A stretch of DNA of 64,000 nt from Eledone cirrhosa (lineage: Eukaryota): positions 20,212,001 through 20,276,000 of the forward strand of contig OZ024762.1 of assembly GCA_964016885.1 (NCBI GenBank). Reading direction: 5' to 3'. A program made the position numbers and the translations under genes. Below are positions 1 through 17,800 of the stretch, piece by piece. Below the pieces are notes generated by a model. That model was not told the origin of the DNA. It saw only the letters and a program-made list of their open reading frames with translations, and did no database searches. How positions within the stretch are numbered: the first letter of the stretch is position 1; every line of letters starts with the position of its first letter.

Positions 1-669
1 CTTCTCCCTTTTCCTTTCTTACTTGGCTAATATTCCAAGGAAGCAATGAGAAGCATTACATCCATTCTCTCACTAAGGTATAATATCACAGGCCACTGAC
101 AATGGATACTTAGAGTTTAGAATGGTCTAGTAATAACCAATATAAATTGATTGATTGAATCAATTGACAAAATCCCAGACCTCACTCACTCACTGAGTGA
201 TGGCGGAACTTGTCAAATTAAACCAAGGAAACAATGTTTCCATTGGTCTTTCAATTGCTGATAGTATCTCCTGGCAGAAAGAGTAAAGTGAAATAAAATG
301 TCTTGCTCAAGGCCACAATGCATCGCCTGGTCAAGGAATTGAACTCACAACCTCATGAATGCAAATCCACATGCCTCCACCAATATAAATATTTGACCTT
401 TTTTCCTTAATTTCCTCTTTGACCCTCCAACAACAGTTATATTTTGCGTTTGGGACACTCACATCATTTTCACATGCAAAGTATTTCATTAGAAATGCCA
501 TAATGAGAGGGTTAATAAGCCATCCTATACATTTTACTGTCATCTTATCATTCTCCTCTAATAAAAGATTCATACATCACATCTTGGCTTCTCTCTCTCC
601 TCTCCTCTCCCTCCCCGTCTCTCCCATACACACACCTATATATAAATACAAAAACCTACACAAACAAAC

Positions 670-1762
670 TCTGTCTCTGTCACACATCTCTACACACACA
701 TATACACACACTCACTCACTCTCATATCTACACACACACTCTCTCATATCTACACACACACACTCTCTCTCTCATATCTACACACACACTCTCTCATATC
801 TACACACACACTCTCTCATATCTACACACACACACTCTCTCTCTCATATCTACACACACTCTCTCTCTCTCTCATCGACACACACGCACACACTCTCTCT
901 CTCACATCTACACACACACACACACACACTCTCCCTCTCTCTCACATCTACACATACACACTCTCCCTCTCTCTCACATCTACACACTCTCTCTATCTCT
1001 CTCACATCTACACACACACACTCTCCCTCTCTCTTACATCTACACATAGACACTCACTCTCTCTCACATCTACACATACACACTCTCCCTCTCTCTCACA
1101 TCTACACACTCTCCCTCTCTCTCACATCTACACACTCTCTCTATCTCTCTCACATCTACACACACACACTCCCTCTCTCTTACATCTACACATAGACACT
1201 CTCACTCTCTCTCACATCTACACATACACACTCTCCCTCTCTCTCACATCTACACATACACACTCTCCCTCTCTCTCACATCTACACACTCTCTCTATCT
1301 CTCTCACATCTACACACACACACTCTCCCTCTCTCTTACATCGACACACTCTCCCTCTCTCTCACATCTACACATACTCTCCCTCTCTCTCACATCTACA
1401 CACTCTCTCTATCTCTTACATCTACACACACACACACACACACACACTCCCTCTCTCTTACATCTACACAAACACACTCTCTCTCTCTCTCACATCTACA
1501 CACACACACTCTCTCTCTCTCTCACATCTACACACACACACACACTCTCTCTCTCTCACATCTACACACACACACACTCTCTCTCTCTCATCTACACACA
1601 CACACTCTCTCTCTCTCTCTTTCACATCTACACACACACACTCTCTCTCTCTCACATCTACACACACATACTCTCTCTCTCTCTCTCTCTCTCACATCTA
1701 CACACACACACACACTCTCTCTCTCTCTCTCTCACATCTACACACTCTCTCTCTCTCTCTCT
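670..1762. repeat. Compound (CT)n/(CA)n minisatellite (ctctctcacatctacacaca variants)
   Basis: Direct inspection. Confidence 0.9.
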
Positions 1763-1917
1763 TGCTAACAACAATCCATCAACCATTCAAAAAACAAAAA
1801 AAAAAAAAAAAGCAAACAGGCAGACAACAACCCCAACAAACAACAACATACAACAACAACAACAAACAACAAACAACAAACCCTCCCCCCCAATGAGTTC
1901 CTGCTTCCATGTTCCAG

Positions 1918-2211
1918 TGGTCAAGGCGACACATCAGACAGAAGTTCCGTATCCCCGAAGATCCTGAAGAGATGGGATACAGACGCAACTGGCTGTCGGT
2001 TCCACCCTACACACCATCGGAGAGCATGTTCGTCTATGAAAACAAAGGTACGGTGCTGGAGCATGGCAACGAGAGGTTCAGCGCTATTGTCGACGAAGGC
2101 AAAGGAAAGAACAGACAACCCTACACACCGTTAAGTGAATATAATAACTCTAATGGAATAGGTTCCAACACATTTGAAGATGGACATTCATCAGCAACAC
2201 TCGTTAAGTCG
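1918..2211 (+). CDS. Candidate coding exon of an unidentified gene (WSRRHIRQKFRIPEDPEEMGY...SATLVKS), possibly a juxtamembrane cytoplasmic tail
   Basis: GC-richer unique island between microsatellites; pyrimidine-rich cctgcttccatgttccag acceptor; open frame 0; TCG|GTAAGA donor. An in-frame ATG at 1909 is an alternative start. Family not recognised. Confidence 0.6.
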
Positions 2212-2242
2212 GTAAGACTGCTTAATATCCATTTTATGTCTA

Positions 2243-2935
2243 GACTACAACTATAACAACAATAACTAAAGCTACGATAACAACGACAACAACAACTACG
2301 ACGACAACAACAACACTAACTACGACAACAACAACAACAATAACTACAATAGCTACAACAATAACTACGACGACAACAACAACTACAATAACTACAACAA
2401 TAACTACGACAACAACAACAACAACAATAACTACAACAATAACGACGACAATAACTAACACAACAACAACAACAACTACAACAATAACGACGACAATAAC
2501 TAACACAACAACAATAACTACAACAACTACAACAATAACTTCAACAATAACTACAACAACAACAACTACGTCAACAAAAACAACAATAACTACAACAACT
2601 ATAACAACAATAACTACAACAATAACTACAACAATAACTACAACAATAACTACAACAATAACTACAACAATAACTACAACAACAACAACAACAATAACTA
2701 CGTCAACAAAAACAACAATAACTACAACAACTATAACAGCAATAACTACAACAATAACTGCAACAACGACAGCAACAACGACAGCAACAACGACAGCAAC
2801 AACAACAGCTACAATAACTAAGGCAACAACACCAACAACAACACTAATGACACCAGCAGCAACAACAATGACAACAATAATAGTAAATGACAACAGCTAC
2901 ATCAATGACAACAACAACAACATCAGCAACAATAG
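2243..2935. repeat. (AAC/AAT/ACT)n trinucleotide-derived repeat
   Basis: Direct inspection; source of the spurious poly-Val ORF. Confidence 0.9.
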
Positions 2936-3090
2936 TCACACCATTGCATTACGATATGAGTTCAAATCCCGCCGAGGTTAACTTTGCCTTTCATCCTTAC
3001 GAGGTAGATAAAATAAAGTACCAGTAATGCACTGGGACTAATTGCTGGCCTTGTGCCAAATGTAGAAACAACTATTTATGACAACAACAA

Positions 3091-3282
3091 GGGTAATGGA
3101 TTGGCAGTATCGGTGGAGGGTCAGATGCCATGCTTTACAGCATAGAGTTATGTCCCTTTACGGTCTGAGTTCAAATCCCGCCGAGGTTAACTTTGCCTTT
3201 CATCCTTACGGGGTCGATAAAATAAAGTACCAGTAATGCACTGGGGTAATTGCTGGCCTTGTGCCTAACGTAGAAACAATTA
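3091..3282 (+). mobile_element. tRNA-derived SINE family A (representative copy; more than 30 full or partial copies, e.g. 2950, 9780, 21350-22100, 24885, 28035-28800, 31478, 32560, 33360-34260, 35370, 35790-36385, 48380, 49305-49630, 53540-53940, 56742, 57910)
   Basis: Pol III A-box-like TGGCAGTATCGG and B-box GTTCAAATCC. Central GCCTTTCATCCTTACGGGGTCGATAAAATAAAGTACCAG resembles the Deu/Nin SINE domain (from memory). (ATT)n tail. Confidence 0.85.
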
Positions 3283-4085
3283 TTTACAATAACAACATAT
3301 TTTTTATGACAACAACAACAGTAACAACAACCATCACATTCTTAATGACAACAACAACAACAACAAACATTGCGTTCGTAACGACGACAACAACATCAAC
3401 AACACTAAACATCGTTTTTTTTTTGTTACGCTATTGATAAGATAATAATTTCATTTTTAATCATTCTTCTAACAAGCAAGACAATAGAGTAATTGATAAA
3501 GTAGAATGGTATTTAGTCACTTCCCTTAATTTAAAAAAATAGAAATCCCTCTAGAGTTGACTTTGTCTTTAATACCTCCAAGTTTAATTTAATGAAATAC
3601 CAGTTATATACAAGGAGTTAATTCAATCAACAGCTATATCCCTCTCACTAGAATGTATCACTGTAAGGAATCCTTATTGTGACAAGTTCTCTAAACTAAG
3701 AACCAAGTTTGTGTGACTCCGTAGTCAATTTAGCAACCAGGTTTTAATGTTCCGAGATAACCATTATATTTTATTTTCATTTTACTTACATTGATAACAT
3801 CTCTAATACGAAAAAACCCTGAATACCTCAGACATATGATATTCCATTCTTTATTCACATCTACATACTTTCATTAATTTGCCTACCTACATTTGTTTCA
3901 GGCGGCGAATTGACAGAGTAGCTAGAACCTCAGATAGAATGCCTTGCGGTATTTGTTCCAACTCTCTACTCTCTGAATTCAAATCCCGCCAAGGTCAAAT
4001 TTGCTTTTCATCCATTCAAGGTCAATAAAAAAAAAAGTACCAGTCAAGTACTGGGGTAGATTCTTCCTCTATATCTCTTTCTCAC

Positions 4086-4122
<37 letters not shown>

Positions 4123-4519
4123 TCTCTGGAAGAAATATGTTGTATTCAAATCTGGAGAGAAGATGGGCTCTGCCAGATTTTAAAATGCCCTAGAAATGCT
4201 GTATGTCAATACAGTATTTTTATGACTCCCCCAAGAGTTATAGGACCATGCATGCACAGGCACATATGTTTCACTCTACCACAAGCTCACTGCCCTCACC
4301 CAGCTTTTGTTAACTGACAATATAACAACTTCACGTCTCTAACTCAACATGTCTGCACGAAACATGCTCGTGTCATCATTTCTTGACCAATATTTAACCA
4401 ACAATTCATACTTTCAGGGATCTTTTCTGATAATGAGGATCTTTTGTTTGATCTCCAGTGCAGTAGGAAGTATAACAGATCAAGAACAATTGCCATACAG
4501 TTTATATACAAGCATTTAT

Positions 4520-5040
4520 AGTTAATAATAATAATGAAATTATTTTGTACAGTGCTCAGGTGCACTACAACTCATCAAAGGTGCATGTATAGTACATAGA
4601 ATAATGTTCAAATGTCAGGAAAATGAACAGTATGTGAGACATGATATACATGTGTGCATGTGTATGGAGGGGGAATATTAGGTGTAGTGTTGACGAATTT
4701 CAGGAAGCATAGAGGTTTTAAAGGTTGCAGTGTCTCGACAGCTAACAACTGATGCAGGTAGTTTGTTCCATGCTTCAGCAACTCTGAGCATGAAAAAATG
4801 TTTTTCCGAAAGTCATGGGAGCTGTGCTGTTTCCTGACTTTGTTGGCATGCCTACGTGTGTTAGACACATGGAAAGCAAAAAGGTGCTCAGGGTTGTTGT
4901 TGGCAAGATGGTTAATAATTTTATGGGTGTTTACCAAGTCAGTTGCCAAACATCGGAGCTTCAATGTATCCCTGCCCAGGGAAGCAAGGCGTTCAGAGTA
5001 TGGCAGATGCCTGATGGAGGGTATTCGCTTGGTTGCACAT
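4520..5040 (-). mobile_element. CR1/L2-group LINE 3' remnant
   Basis: Minus strand reads ATKRIPSIRHLPYSERLASLGRDTLKLRCLATDL...SNTRRH...FRKNIFS, then after a frameshift AWNKLP, the typical CR1 ORF2 C-terminus. Confidence 0.8.
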
Positions 5041-5961
5041 AGAAAAATATGGAATGCTCCACGAGTTAGCGTGTCATCCTAGTTCGTTCCAATACTGCTT
5101 TCTTTTTCTGTATGTTTGACTAAAAATTCTAAATCTATCTTCTTCTTGCTCTTGCTCGATGAGACTGGGGTCATCTTAGGTCAGTGATCCCAGAGGCATC
5201 ACCATGTGTGAGCTGACCAGGTCCACCAGCGATGGAGAGAACTGGTGATCTCATGCCAGCCTCTCTGCATCCTCCAATGTGATGTTGAGCCTCTGGAGAT
5301 CTTCCTTGATGACATCCAACAATTTTGTGCGGGGGGCCTCTTCCAGACTGCAGCTGCTGTGTTGAACATGAATCTATCTCTGTATCTAAATTACTACAGT
5401 TTATTTTTTGAATGAGGAAGATTCTCTCAGCTGAAATATCTCCAATAGCCATTTACATAGTAATAAAAATTAAGTGTTTATAGTGTAGCTGTCATGTCTA
5501 GCTGTTAGAGGAGGTCATATGTGGGAGTAATAGTGTGAAAGGTGATGGCTTTAGTAATAAGGATGGTATTGTGTTGAATGATAGCTCTACTGGGTATTGT
5601 GTAGTATGGTCTGTGTTTGTGGTATGTGTGGTATGTATGTGTGTTTGTGTTGTGTGTGGTATGTGTTGTGTTGTGTGTATTGTGTGTAGTCTATGAGTGT
5701 AGTGTGTATATATGTCCCAAATGTTGTTTGGTGAAGGGTTTACATATCTGAGAAAGAGAGGGAGTGAGAAACGAGGCCAGAGACAGATTGAGACTGTAGT
5801 GGTGGTGGTGGTGGTGGTGGGGCTAAGAAACCTTCTTAATTCCATTCAATGTCTGACTGGTGATGAAATAGTTGTTAATCCCTAGATAATCCCATCATAA
5901 ACCTAATACTTGGGGCTAAAAATCTTTCAATTGAAAGGAATACTTCCCTCAAGAACAGGGT

Positions 5962-6772
5962 GTTAACCCTTTTGATACCAAACTGCCTGAAACCAGCCCT
6001 GATTCTATGATACAAAACTGTTTGTATCATAGAAACTTATGTTTATTTAAAAAAACCTTCCATCACAATTTTATGTAAGAACCTTTGTTAAGTTATGTTC
6101 CAAACACAAGATAAATAATGAGAAAGTTAGTTATATTATTAAGTCCCTCCAAATTCTTCATTATTTGAAAGGGGTTAAAGTTTTGATATTTATCTAAAAA
6201 TCCATTTCATATAAGAACCTTTGTTAAGTTATGTTCCAAAAACCAGAAAAGAAAAATGAGAAAGTATCTGAAAATCAGAGGTACTAAAAAGGATTAAAGT
6301 GCTGATATTTATCTAAAAAATCTTCCATTCAATTTCATGCTAGAACCTTTGTTATATTATGTTCCAAAATCCAGAAAAATAATAAGGAAGTTAATTATAG
6401 ATTCCTCCAAATTCTTGATTATTTTCAAAATTATTTCAAAATCAGAGGTACCAAAAAGGGTTAAAGTTTTTATATTTATCTAAAATCCATTTCATATAAG
6501 AATCTTTGTTAAGTTATATTCCAAAAAACCAGAAAAAAATAATGAGAAAGTATCTGAAAATCAGAGGTACCAAAAAGGGTTAAAGTGCTGATATTTATCT
6601 AAAAATCTATTTTATGTAAGAACGTTTGTTAAGTTATGTTCCAAAAAAAACAGAAAAATAAAGAGAAAGTTAGTTATATCAGTCAATCCCTCCAAATTCT
6701 TGATTGTTTTAAAAATTATTTGAAAATCATAGGCAGGGTTTTTGCTTGGAAACATGGTGACAAAAGGGTTAG
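5962..6772. mobile_element. Cluster of tandemly re-duplicated second TTAA-type MITE fragments (related copies near 8024, 44441, 44806)
   Basis: TTAACCCTTTTGATACC start, repeated AAAAGGGTTAA ends and gaacctttgttaagttatgttcc blocks. Confidence 0.6.
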
Positions 6773-7016
6773 TCTTATTCTTGTCATATGACATATGCAC
6801 AGTAGTTAGAGAGGCAGGTTGAGGCTGGTGAGACAGACCAAGGCTTCATTTGCAGTATTATGGATAACCACCAGGTCACTGGGAAAACATCTGAAGGGAA
6901 ATCCCGAATAACATGCAGTAGTCTGGTCAAGGTCCCCGCAGTCCCACGCTAGGCTGCCTTTCATTTTCCATTAATGGAGATGATGGGCTGTCTTGGCATG
7001 TGTTGTGCAGATCTGA

Positions 7017-7246
7017 TTAACCCTTTAGCATTTAAACCGGCTATAACCGGCCAGAATTTTTTTCACCTCTTTCTGTTGAAACCAGCTGTAACTGGCCACT
7101 CATACTTATGTTAAGGTATTGTTCTCAAAATAAATAATATCAGAATCGCGTAGATTTGATATTATGTGAGATAATTATGTGAGATAAAGTGTTTACCGTA
7201 AAAATATAATAGTATATATAGAGTAATGTAAATGCTAAAGAGTTAA
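7017..7246. mobile_element. piggyBac-like MITE with TTAA target duplication (copies 9561-9772, 35526-35740, 52079-52250)
   Basis: TTAA-CCCTTTAGCATTTA ... TAAATGCTAAAGAG-TTAA terminal inverted repeats; shared internal sequence among copies. Confidence 0.75.
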
Positions 7247-7335
7247 GGGACACCCATTGCTTTCTGAGAAGGTCAAGGCCAGCTGGTTTAGATGTGGAGA
7301 CCTGGACAAGGTAAAATAGCACCATTCCATTATAG

Positions 7336-7436
7336 CTACTACATCATACATACCACAACTGGTACCACTCATCAACACAACATACCCTCATAGCATCACC
7401 GCTGTTAATGTATCAACAATGGAGCCTGGAGGTCAG
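7336..7436 (+). CDS. Weak candidate internal exon of the unidentified gene
   Basis: ccattatag acceptor and weak CAG|GTAGTT donor. At least two frames are open; the phase 0-to-2 frame would bridge 2211 and 24752. Confidence 0.25.
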
Positions 7437-8452
7437 GTAGTTTTGAACCCTTTTCATACCAAGCCCACCTGAAACTATGATATGAAACTTTTTATTTTTT
7501 TAATGTTTATATTTATGTAAAAACCTTCCATCATAATTTTATATAAGGACCTTTATTAACCTTTTTTTAATTTGTTCTGCCAGATTTCTTATCTGAAAAT
7601 GTGTGTTGTACTTTGGGAGAGTCATGTTGCCAATAAAAACACATGCATCTGTTGATTTTCACTTCAATTTATTATAAATTTCCAGTTGGTTGGTTGGTTG
7701 GTTTGATAAGCGGAAGGGTGTTTATATATTGTCAAAGCTCTTTCGTTACACATTCTGTGACCTCCTTAGTGACTAGTTTTTTTTATTTTGTGAAGATGGT
7801 GCAGGAGAGAACAAAGGAAAGAGACACAAAATAAAAACCTAGTCACTGAGGAGGTCACAGAATGTGTGACGAAAGAGTTTTGACAATATATAAACAACCT
7901 TCCGGTTATCCAACCAACCAACTGGAAATTCATGATAAATTCATGATAAATTGAAGTGAAAACCAACAGATGTGTGTGTTTTTATTGGCAACATGACCCT
8001 ACCAAAGTATAGCGATACCTTTATTAACCCTTTTGATACAAGGCCTACCTGAAACCGACCCTGGTTCTATGATACAAAACTTTTTATTTTACAATTTTTA
8101 TATCTATTTAAAAACTTTCCATCATAACTTAATGTAAAAACCTTTGTGAAGTTATGTTCCAAACACCTGTTTGCTTTTCCTTCTGTTGTTTACTTGTCTC
8201 ACTCGCTTTACGCGTTTCACTTGTCCCAATAGCTTATTTTAGTTATTGCTCGCACCAACCTGAGGTATCTGATTTTTAATGTGATGAAATACCAATGATG
8301 GTTGGCAAATCACTGATGAGGGACTAATTTTATAATATGTAATCCATGTGCAACCATGCAGTATTCTTCTCCCCTTGTTTTTCATATATATATATATATA
8401 TGGAGGCACATGGAGGCACATGGCTTATATATATATATATATGGAGGCACAT

Positions 8453-8795
8453 GGAGGCACATGGCTTAGTGGTTAGAGCATTGGCCTTGCAATCAAAAGG
8501 TTGTGAGTTCAATTCTCAAACCGGGTGATGTGTTGTTTCCTTGAGCAAGACACTTTATTTCACATTGCTCCAGTTTACTCAGCTGTAGAAATGAGATGAT
8601 AGGGACTGAGGTCCCTATCATTCCACTGCAAAGTGGTCGTGGAGGTGCCACGGCAAAAAAGCACCCAGCACTCACTGAAAATGAGGTTGGTGTTAGGAAG
8701 GGCATCCAGCTGTAGAAATCAAGCCAGAATCAGTTCCCGTCCAACCCTTGCAAGCAGGGAAAAAGCGGACGTAAAATGAAATGATGATGATGATG
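8453..8795 (+). mobile_element. tRNA-derived SINE family B with CORE-like domain and RTE-LINE-derived tail (other copies 11235-11573 -, 11598-11880 +, 11963-12308 -, 20221-20559 -, 23660-23963 -, 24325-24610 -)
   Basis: A-box TGGCTTAGTGG, B-box GTTCAATTC, CCTTGAGCAAGACACTT core, 3' end CCCTTGCAAGCAGGGAAAAGCGGACGTAAAATG(ATG)n shared with RTE remnants. The recurrent 79-aa [12 protein letters not shown] is its antisense translation. Confidence 0.85.
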
Positions 8796-10259
8796 ATATA
8801 CACATATATACTATGCATGATATCATCGAAGGAAAAAGCAACAGCCTATACAGTTTTGTACCAGTAACGTAACTCATCTTCATCATCATCGATTAACGCC
8901 CATTTTCCATGCTAGCATGGGTTAGACGGGTCCTATTTTCAGGCAAGCTGTGTCGGGTGACCGTGTCTCGCTCATATAGGGGTGTTTCTGGCTGGTTTTC
9001 TATGGCTGGATGCCTTTCCTAACGCCAACCACATTGACATATATATATCATTTTATGTCTGCTTTTATATATATATATATATATTGTGTATATATGTATA
9101 TATGTATGATGTCAACCAAAGGAGCATATATACACAATATATACACAATATATATATTATATATACCATATATATTGTATATATATATATACTGTGAAGG
9201 CGTATGGCTGAGTGGTTAGAGAATTGGATTCACAATCTTGAGATTGTGAGTTTGATTCCTGGACCGAGCAATGCGTTATGTCCTTGAGCAAGACACTTTA
9301 TTTCACGTTGCTCCTTCTACCTGGAGTTGCGACCGATACATAGTATTAGCAACTGGAAAGACCGACGGAAACATTGTTTCCTCGGTCCGATTTGACGAAA
9401 GGCGATCGATCCTTTTTTATATATACAATATATGATGTCCCCCCAACAGCCTCAACAACTTGGCACCAGTGACATTGTAACTCATTTTTTCCAGAATATT
9501 TTCTAAATTATTTAAAAGTTATAGGCAGTATTTTTCATTAGAAATATGGTAAAAAAAAGGTTTAACCCTTTAACATTACTCTATATTTACTATTATATTT
9601 TTGAGGTAACGGCTTTATCTCACATAATATCGGATCTACGAGGCTTTGATATTATTTATGCTGAGAGACCAATACCTTGACATAAGTATGAGCAGCCGGT
9701 TATGGCCGGTTTGAACAGAAAGGGGTGAGAGAATTCTGGCTGGATATGGCTGGTTTAGATGCTAAAGGGTTAAACAAAAATAATAATTGTTTCTACTTTT
9801 GGTACAAGGCCAGCAATTATCCCAGTGCATTACTGGTACTTTATTTTATCGATCCCTGTAAGGAGGAAAGGCATAGTTAACCTTGCCGGGATTTGAACTC
9901 AGATAATAAAGGGACGTAACTCTATGCTGGAAAAAAAAATATTAATACCTTAACATCAGTATGAGCAGCCGGTTTGAACAGAATGAGGTGAGAGAATTCT
10001 GGCTGGATATGGCTGGTTTAAATTCTAAGGGGTTAACCACCCAAGTTGAAACCCATCTGTGGTAAAATTTACCTGTCATAATACAAGGGCTTATACAGTA
10101 AGGTACCAGTCTCATACTGAGGAAGATTGTAAACAACTTATTCCTCTCCACCCCACACCCTCACCAAAGAATTATTAGTCTTTTTATTTCTCTGTCAGGT
10201 TTGACCAGGTGCAGAGATAAACTAGAGATATGATGTCATTTGAGTTATGTTGTGTATGT

Positions 10260-14560
<4,301 letters not shown>

Positions 14561-14570
14561 AAACAACAAG

Positions 14571-14890
14571 AGGGATCAAATGCAGTGTGCAGGAGTGAAG
14601 GTTGCACTGATATGGACATGTGATGCACATGAAGGATGACAGCTGTATAAAAGGATACAGAGTGCTCAAAGTTGATGGAAGCTATGGAGTGGGCAGACCT
14701 AGGAAAACTTGGGATCAGGTGATAAAAGCTGACCTTGCACAATTGCACCTCTCAAAGGCTGTGGCACTGGACCGTGCTCTCTGGCGCTATGCAGTAATAG
14801 AGAAGACTCACCCTCCCATATGCAGGAGCTGAGGAGGCATACATTTAGTATGCACCACCTTCCCTCCCATCACCCCTCCCATGAACCTTG
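14571..14890 (+). mobile_element. RTE-clade LINE 3' remnant
   Basis: Degenerate RLxWYGHV (stop) followed by MKDDSCIK...[14 protein letters not shown]...DRALWR. Confidence 0.8.
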
Positions 14891-14894
14891 TAAT

Positions 14895-17800
14895 TACCCA
14901 GCACACACTGTAAAGTGGTTGTGTAGGTGTCATGACAAAATCACCCAGTACACACTGTAAAGTGGTTGTGTAGGTGTCATGACAAAATCACCCAGTACAC
15001 ACTGTAAAGTGGCTGTGTAGGTGTCATGACAAAATCACCCAGTACACACTGTAAAGTGGCTGTGTAGGTGTCATGACAAAATCACCCAGTATACACTGTA
15101 AAGTGGCTGTGTAGGTGTCATGACAAAATCACCCAGTACACACTGTAAAGTGGTTGTGTAGGTGTCAAGACAAAAAGCACCCAGCACACACTGTAAAGTG
15201 GTTGTGTAGGTGTCATGACAAAATCCCCCAGTACACACTGTAAAGTGGCTGTGTAGGTGTCATGACAAAATCACCCAGTACACACTGTAAAGTGGTTGTA
15301 TAGGTCTCATGACAAAATCACCCAGTACACACTGTAAAGTGGTTGTGTAGGTGTCATGACAAAATCACCCAGTACACACTGTAAAATGGCTGTGTAGGTG
15401 TCATGACAAAATCACCCAGTACACACTGTAAAGTGGTTGTGTAGGTGTCATGACAAAATCACCCAGTACACACTGTAAAATGGTTGTGTAGGTGTCATGA
15501 CAAAATCACCCAGTACACACTGTAAAGTGGTTGTGTAGGTGTCATGACAAAATCACCCAGCACACACTGTAAAGTGGTTGTGTAGGTGTCATGACAAAAT
15601 CACCCAGCACACACTGTAAAGTGGTTGTGTAGGTGTCATGACAAAATCACCCAGTACACACTGTAAAGTGGTTGTGTAGGTGTCATGACAAAATCACCCA
15701 GTACACACTGTAAAGTGGTTGTGTAGGTGTCATGACAAAATCACCCAGTACACACTGTAAAGTGGTTGTGTAGGTGTCATGACAAAATCACCCAGTACAC
15801 ACTGTAAAGTGGTTGTGTAGGTGTCATGACAAAATCACCCAGTACACACTGTAAAGTGGTTGTGTAGGTGTCATGACAAAATCACCCAGTACACACTGTA
15901 AAGTGGTTGTGTAGGTGTCATGACAAAATCACCCAGTACATACTGTAAAATGGTTGTGTAGGTGTCATGACAAAATCACCCAGTACACACTGTAAAGTGG
16001 TTGTGTAGGTGTCATGACAAAATCACCCAGTACACACTGTAAAGTGGTTGTGTAGGTGTCATGACAAAATCACCCAGTACACACTGTAAAGTGGTTGTGT
16101 AGGTGTCATGACAAAATCACCCAGTACACACTGTAAAGTGGTTGTGTAGGTGTCATGACAAAATCACCCAGTACACACTGTAAAGTGGTTGTGTAGGTGT
16201 CATGACAAAATCACCCAGTATGCACTGTAAAGTGGTTGTGTAGGTGTCATGACAAAATCACCCAGTATGCACTGTAAAGTGGTTGTGTAGGTGTCATGAC
16301 AAAATCACCCAGTACGCACTGTAAAATGGTTGTGTAGGTGTCATGACAAAATCACCCAGTACACACTGTAAAGTGGCTGTGTAGGTGTCATGACAAAATC
16401 ACCCAGTACACACTGTAAAGTGGTTGTGTAGGTGTCATGACAAAATCACCCAGTACACACTGTAAAGTGGTTGTGTAGGTGTCATGACAAAATCACCCAG
16501 TACACACTGTAAAGTGGTTGTGTAGGTGTCATGACAAAATCACCCAGTACACACTGTAAAGTGGTTGTGTAGGTGTCATGACAAAATCACCCAGTACACA
16601 CTGTAAAGTGGTTGTGTAGGTGTCATGACAAAATCACCCAGTATGCACTGTAAAGTGGTTGTGTAGGTGTCATGACAAAATCACCCAGTATGCACTGTAA
16701 AGTGGTTGTGTAGGTGTCATGACAAAATCACCCAGTACACACTGTAAAGTGGTTGTGTAGGTGTCATGACAAAATCACCCAGTACACACTGTAAAGTGGT
16801 TGTGTAGGTGTCATGACAAAATCACCCAGTACACACTGTAAAGTGGTTGTGTAGGTGTCATGACAAAATCACCCAGTACATACTGTAAAATGGTTGTGTA
16901 GGTGTCATGACAAAATCACCCAGTACACACTGTAAAGTGGTTGTGTAGGTGTCATGACAAAATCACCCAGTACACACTGTAAAGTGGTTGTGTAGGTGTC
17001 ATGACAAAATCACCCAGTACACACTGTAAAGTGGTTGTGTAGGTGTCATGACAAAATCACCCAGTACACACTGTAAAGTGGTTGTGTAGGTGTCATGACA
17101 AAATCACCCAGTATGCACTGTAAAGTGGTTGTGTAGGTGTCATGACAAAATCACCCAGTATGCACTGTAAAGTGGTTGTGTAGGTGTCATGACAAAATCA
17201 CCCAGTACACACTGTAAAATGGTTGTGTAGGTGTCATGACAAAATCACCCAGTACACACTGTAAAGTGGCTGTGTAGGTGTCATGACAAAATCACCCAGT
17301 ACACACTGTAAAGTGGTTGTGTAGGTGTCATGACAAAATCACCCAGTACACACTGTAAAGTGGTTGTGTAGGTGTCATGACAAAATCACCCAGTACACAC
17401 TGTAAAGTGGTTGTGTAGGTGTCATGACAAAATCACCCAGTACACACTGTAAAGTGGTTGTGTAGGTGTCATGACAAAATCACCCAGTACACACTGTAAA
17501 GTGGTTGTGTAGGTGTCATGACAAAATCACCCAGTATGCACTGTAAAGTGGTTGTGTAGGTGTCATGACAAAATCACCCAGTATGCACTGTAAAGTGGTT
17601 GTGTAGGTGTCATGACAAAATCACCCAGTACACACTGTAAAGTGGTTGTGTAGGTGTCATGACAAAATCACCCAGTACACACTGTAAAGTGGTTGTGTAG
17701 GTGTCATGACAAAATCACCCAGTACACACTGTAAAGTGGTTGTGTAGGTGTCATGACAAAATCACCCAGTACATACTGTAAAATGGTTGTGTAGGTGTCA

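Noticed and set aside
2240-2893. Poly-Val membrane protein or Thr-rich mucin exon
   Set aside because: Trinucleotide repeat immediately after a splice donor; its inverted copy at 34270-34500 has a very different length, which indicates no coding constraint.
8312-8360. Hammerhead at CTGATGAGGG (and paralogue about 54690-54718)
   Set aside because: No stem II closure followed by GAAA could be found.
8453-8530. Genuine tRNA genes
   Set aside because: A/B boxes are present but run into SINE body and LINE tail; no complete cloverleaf or acceptor stem.
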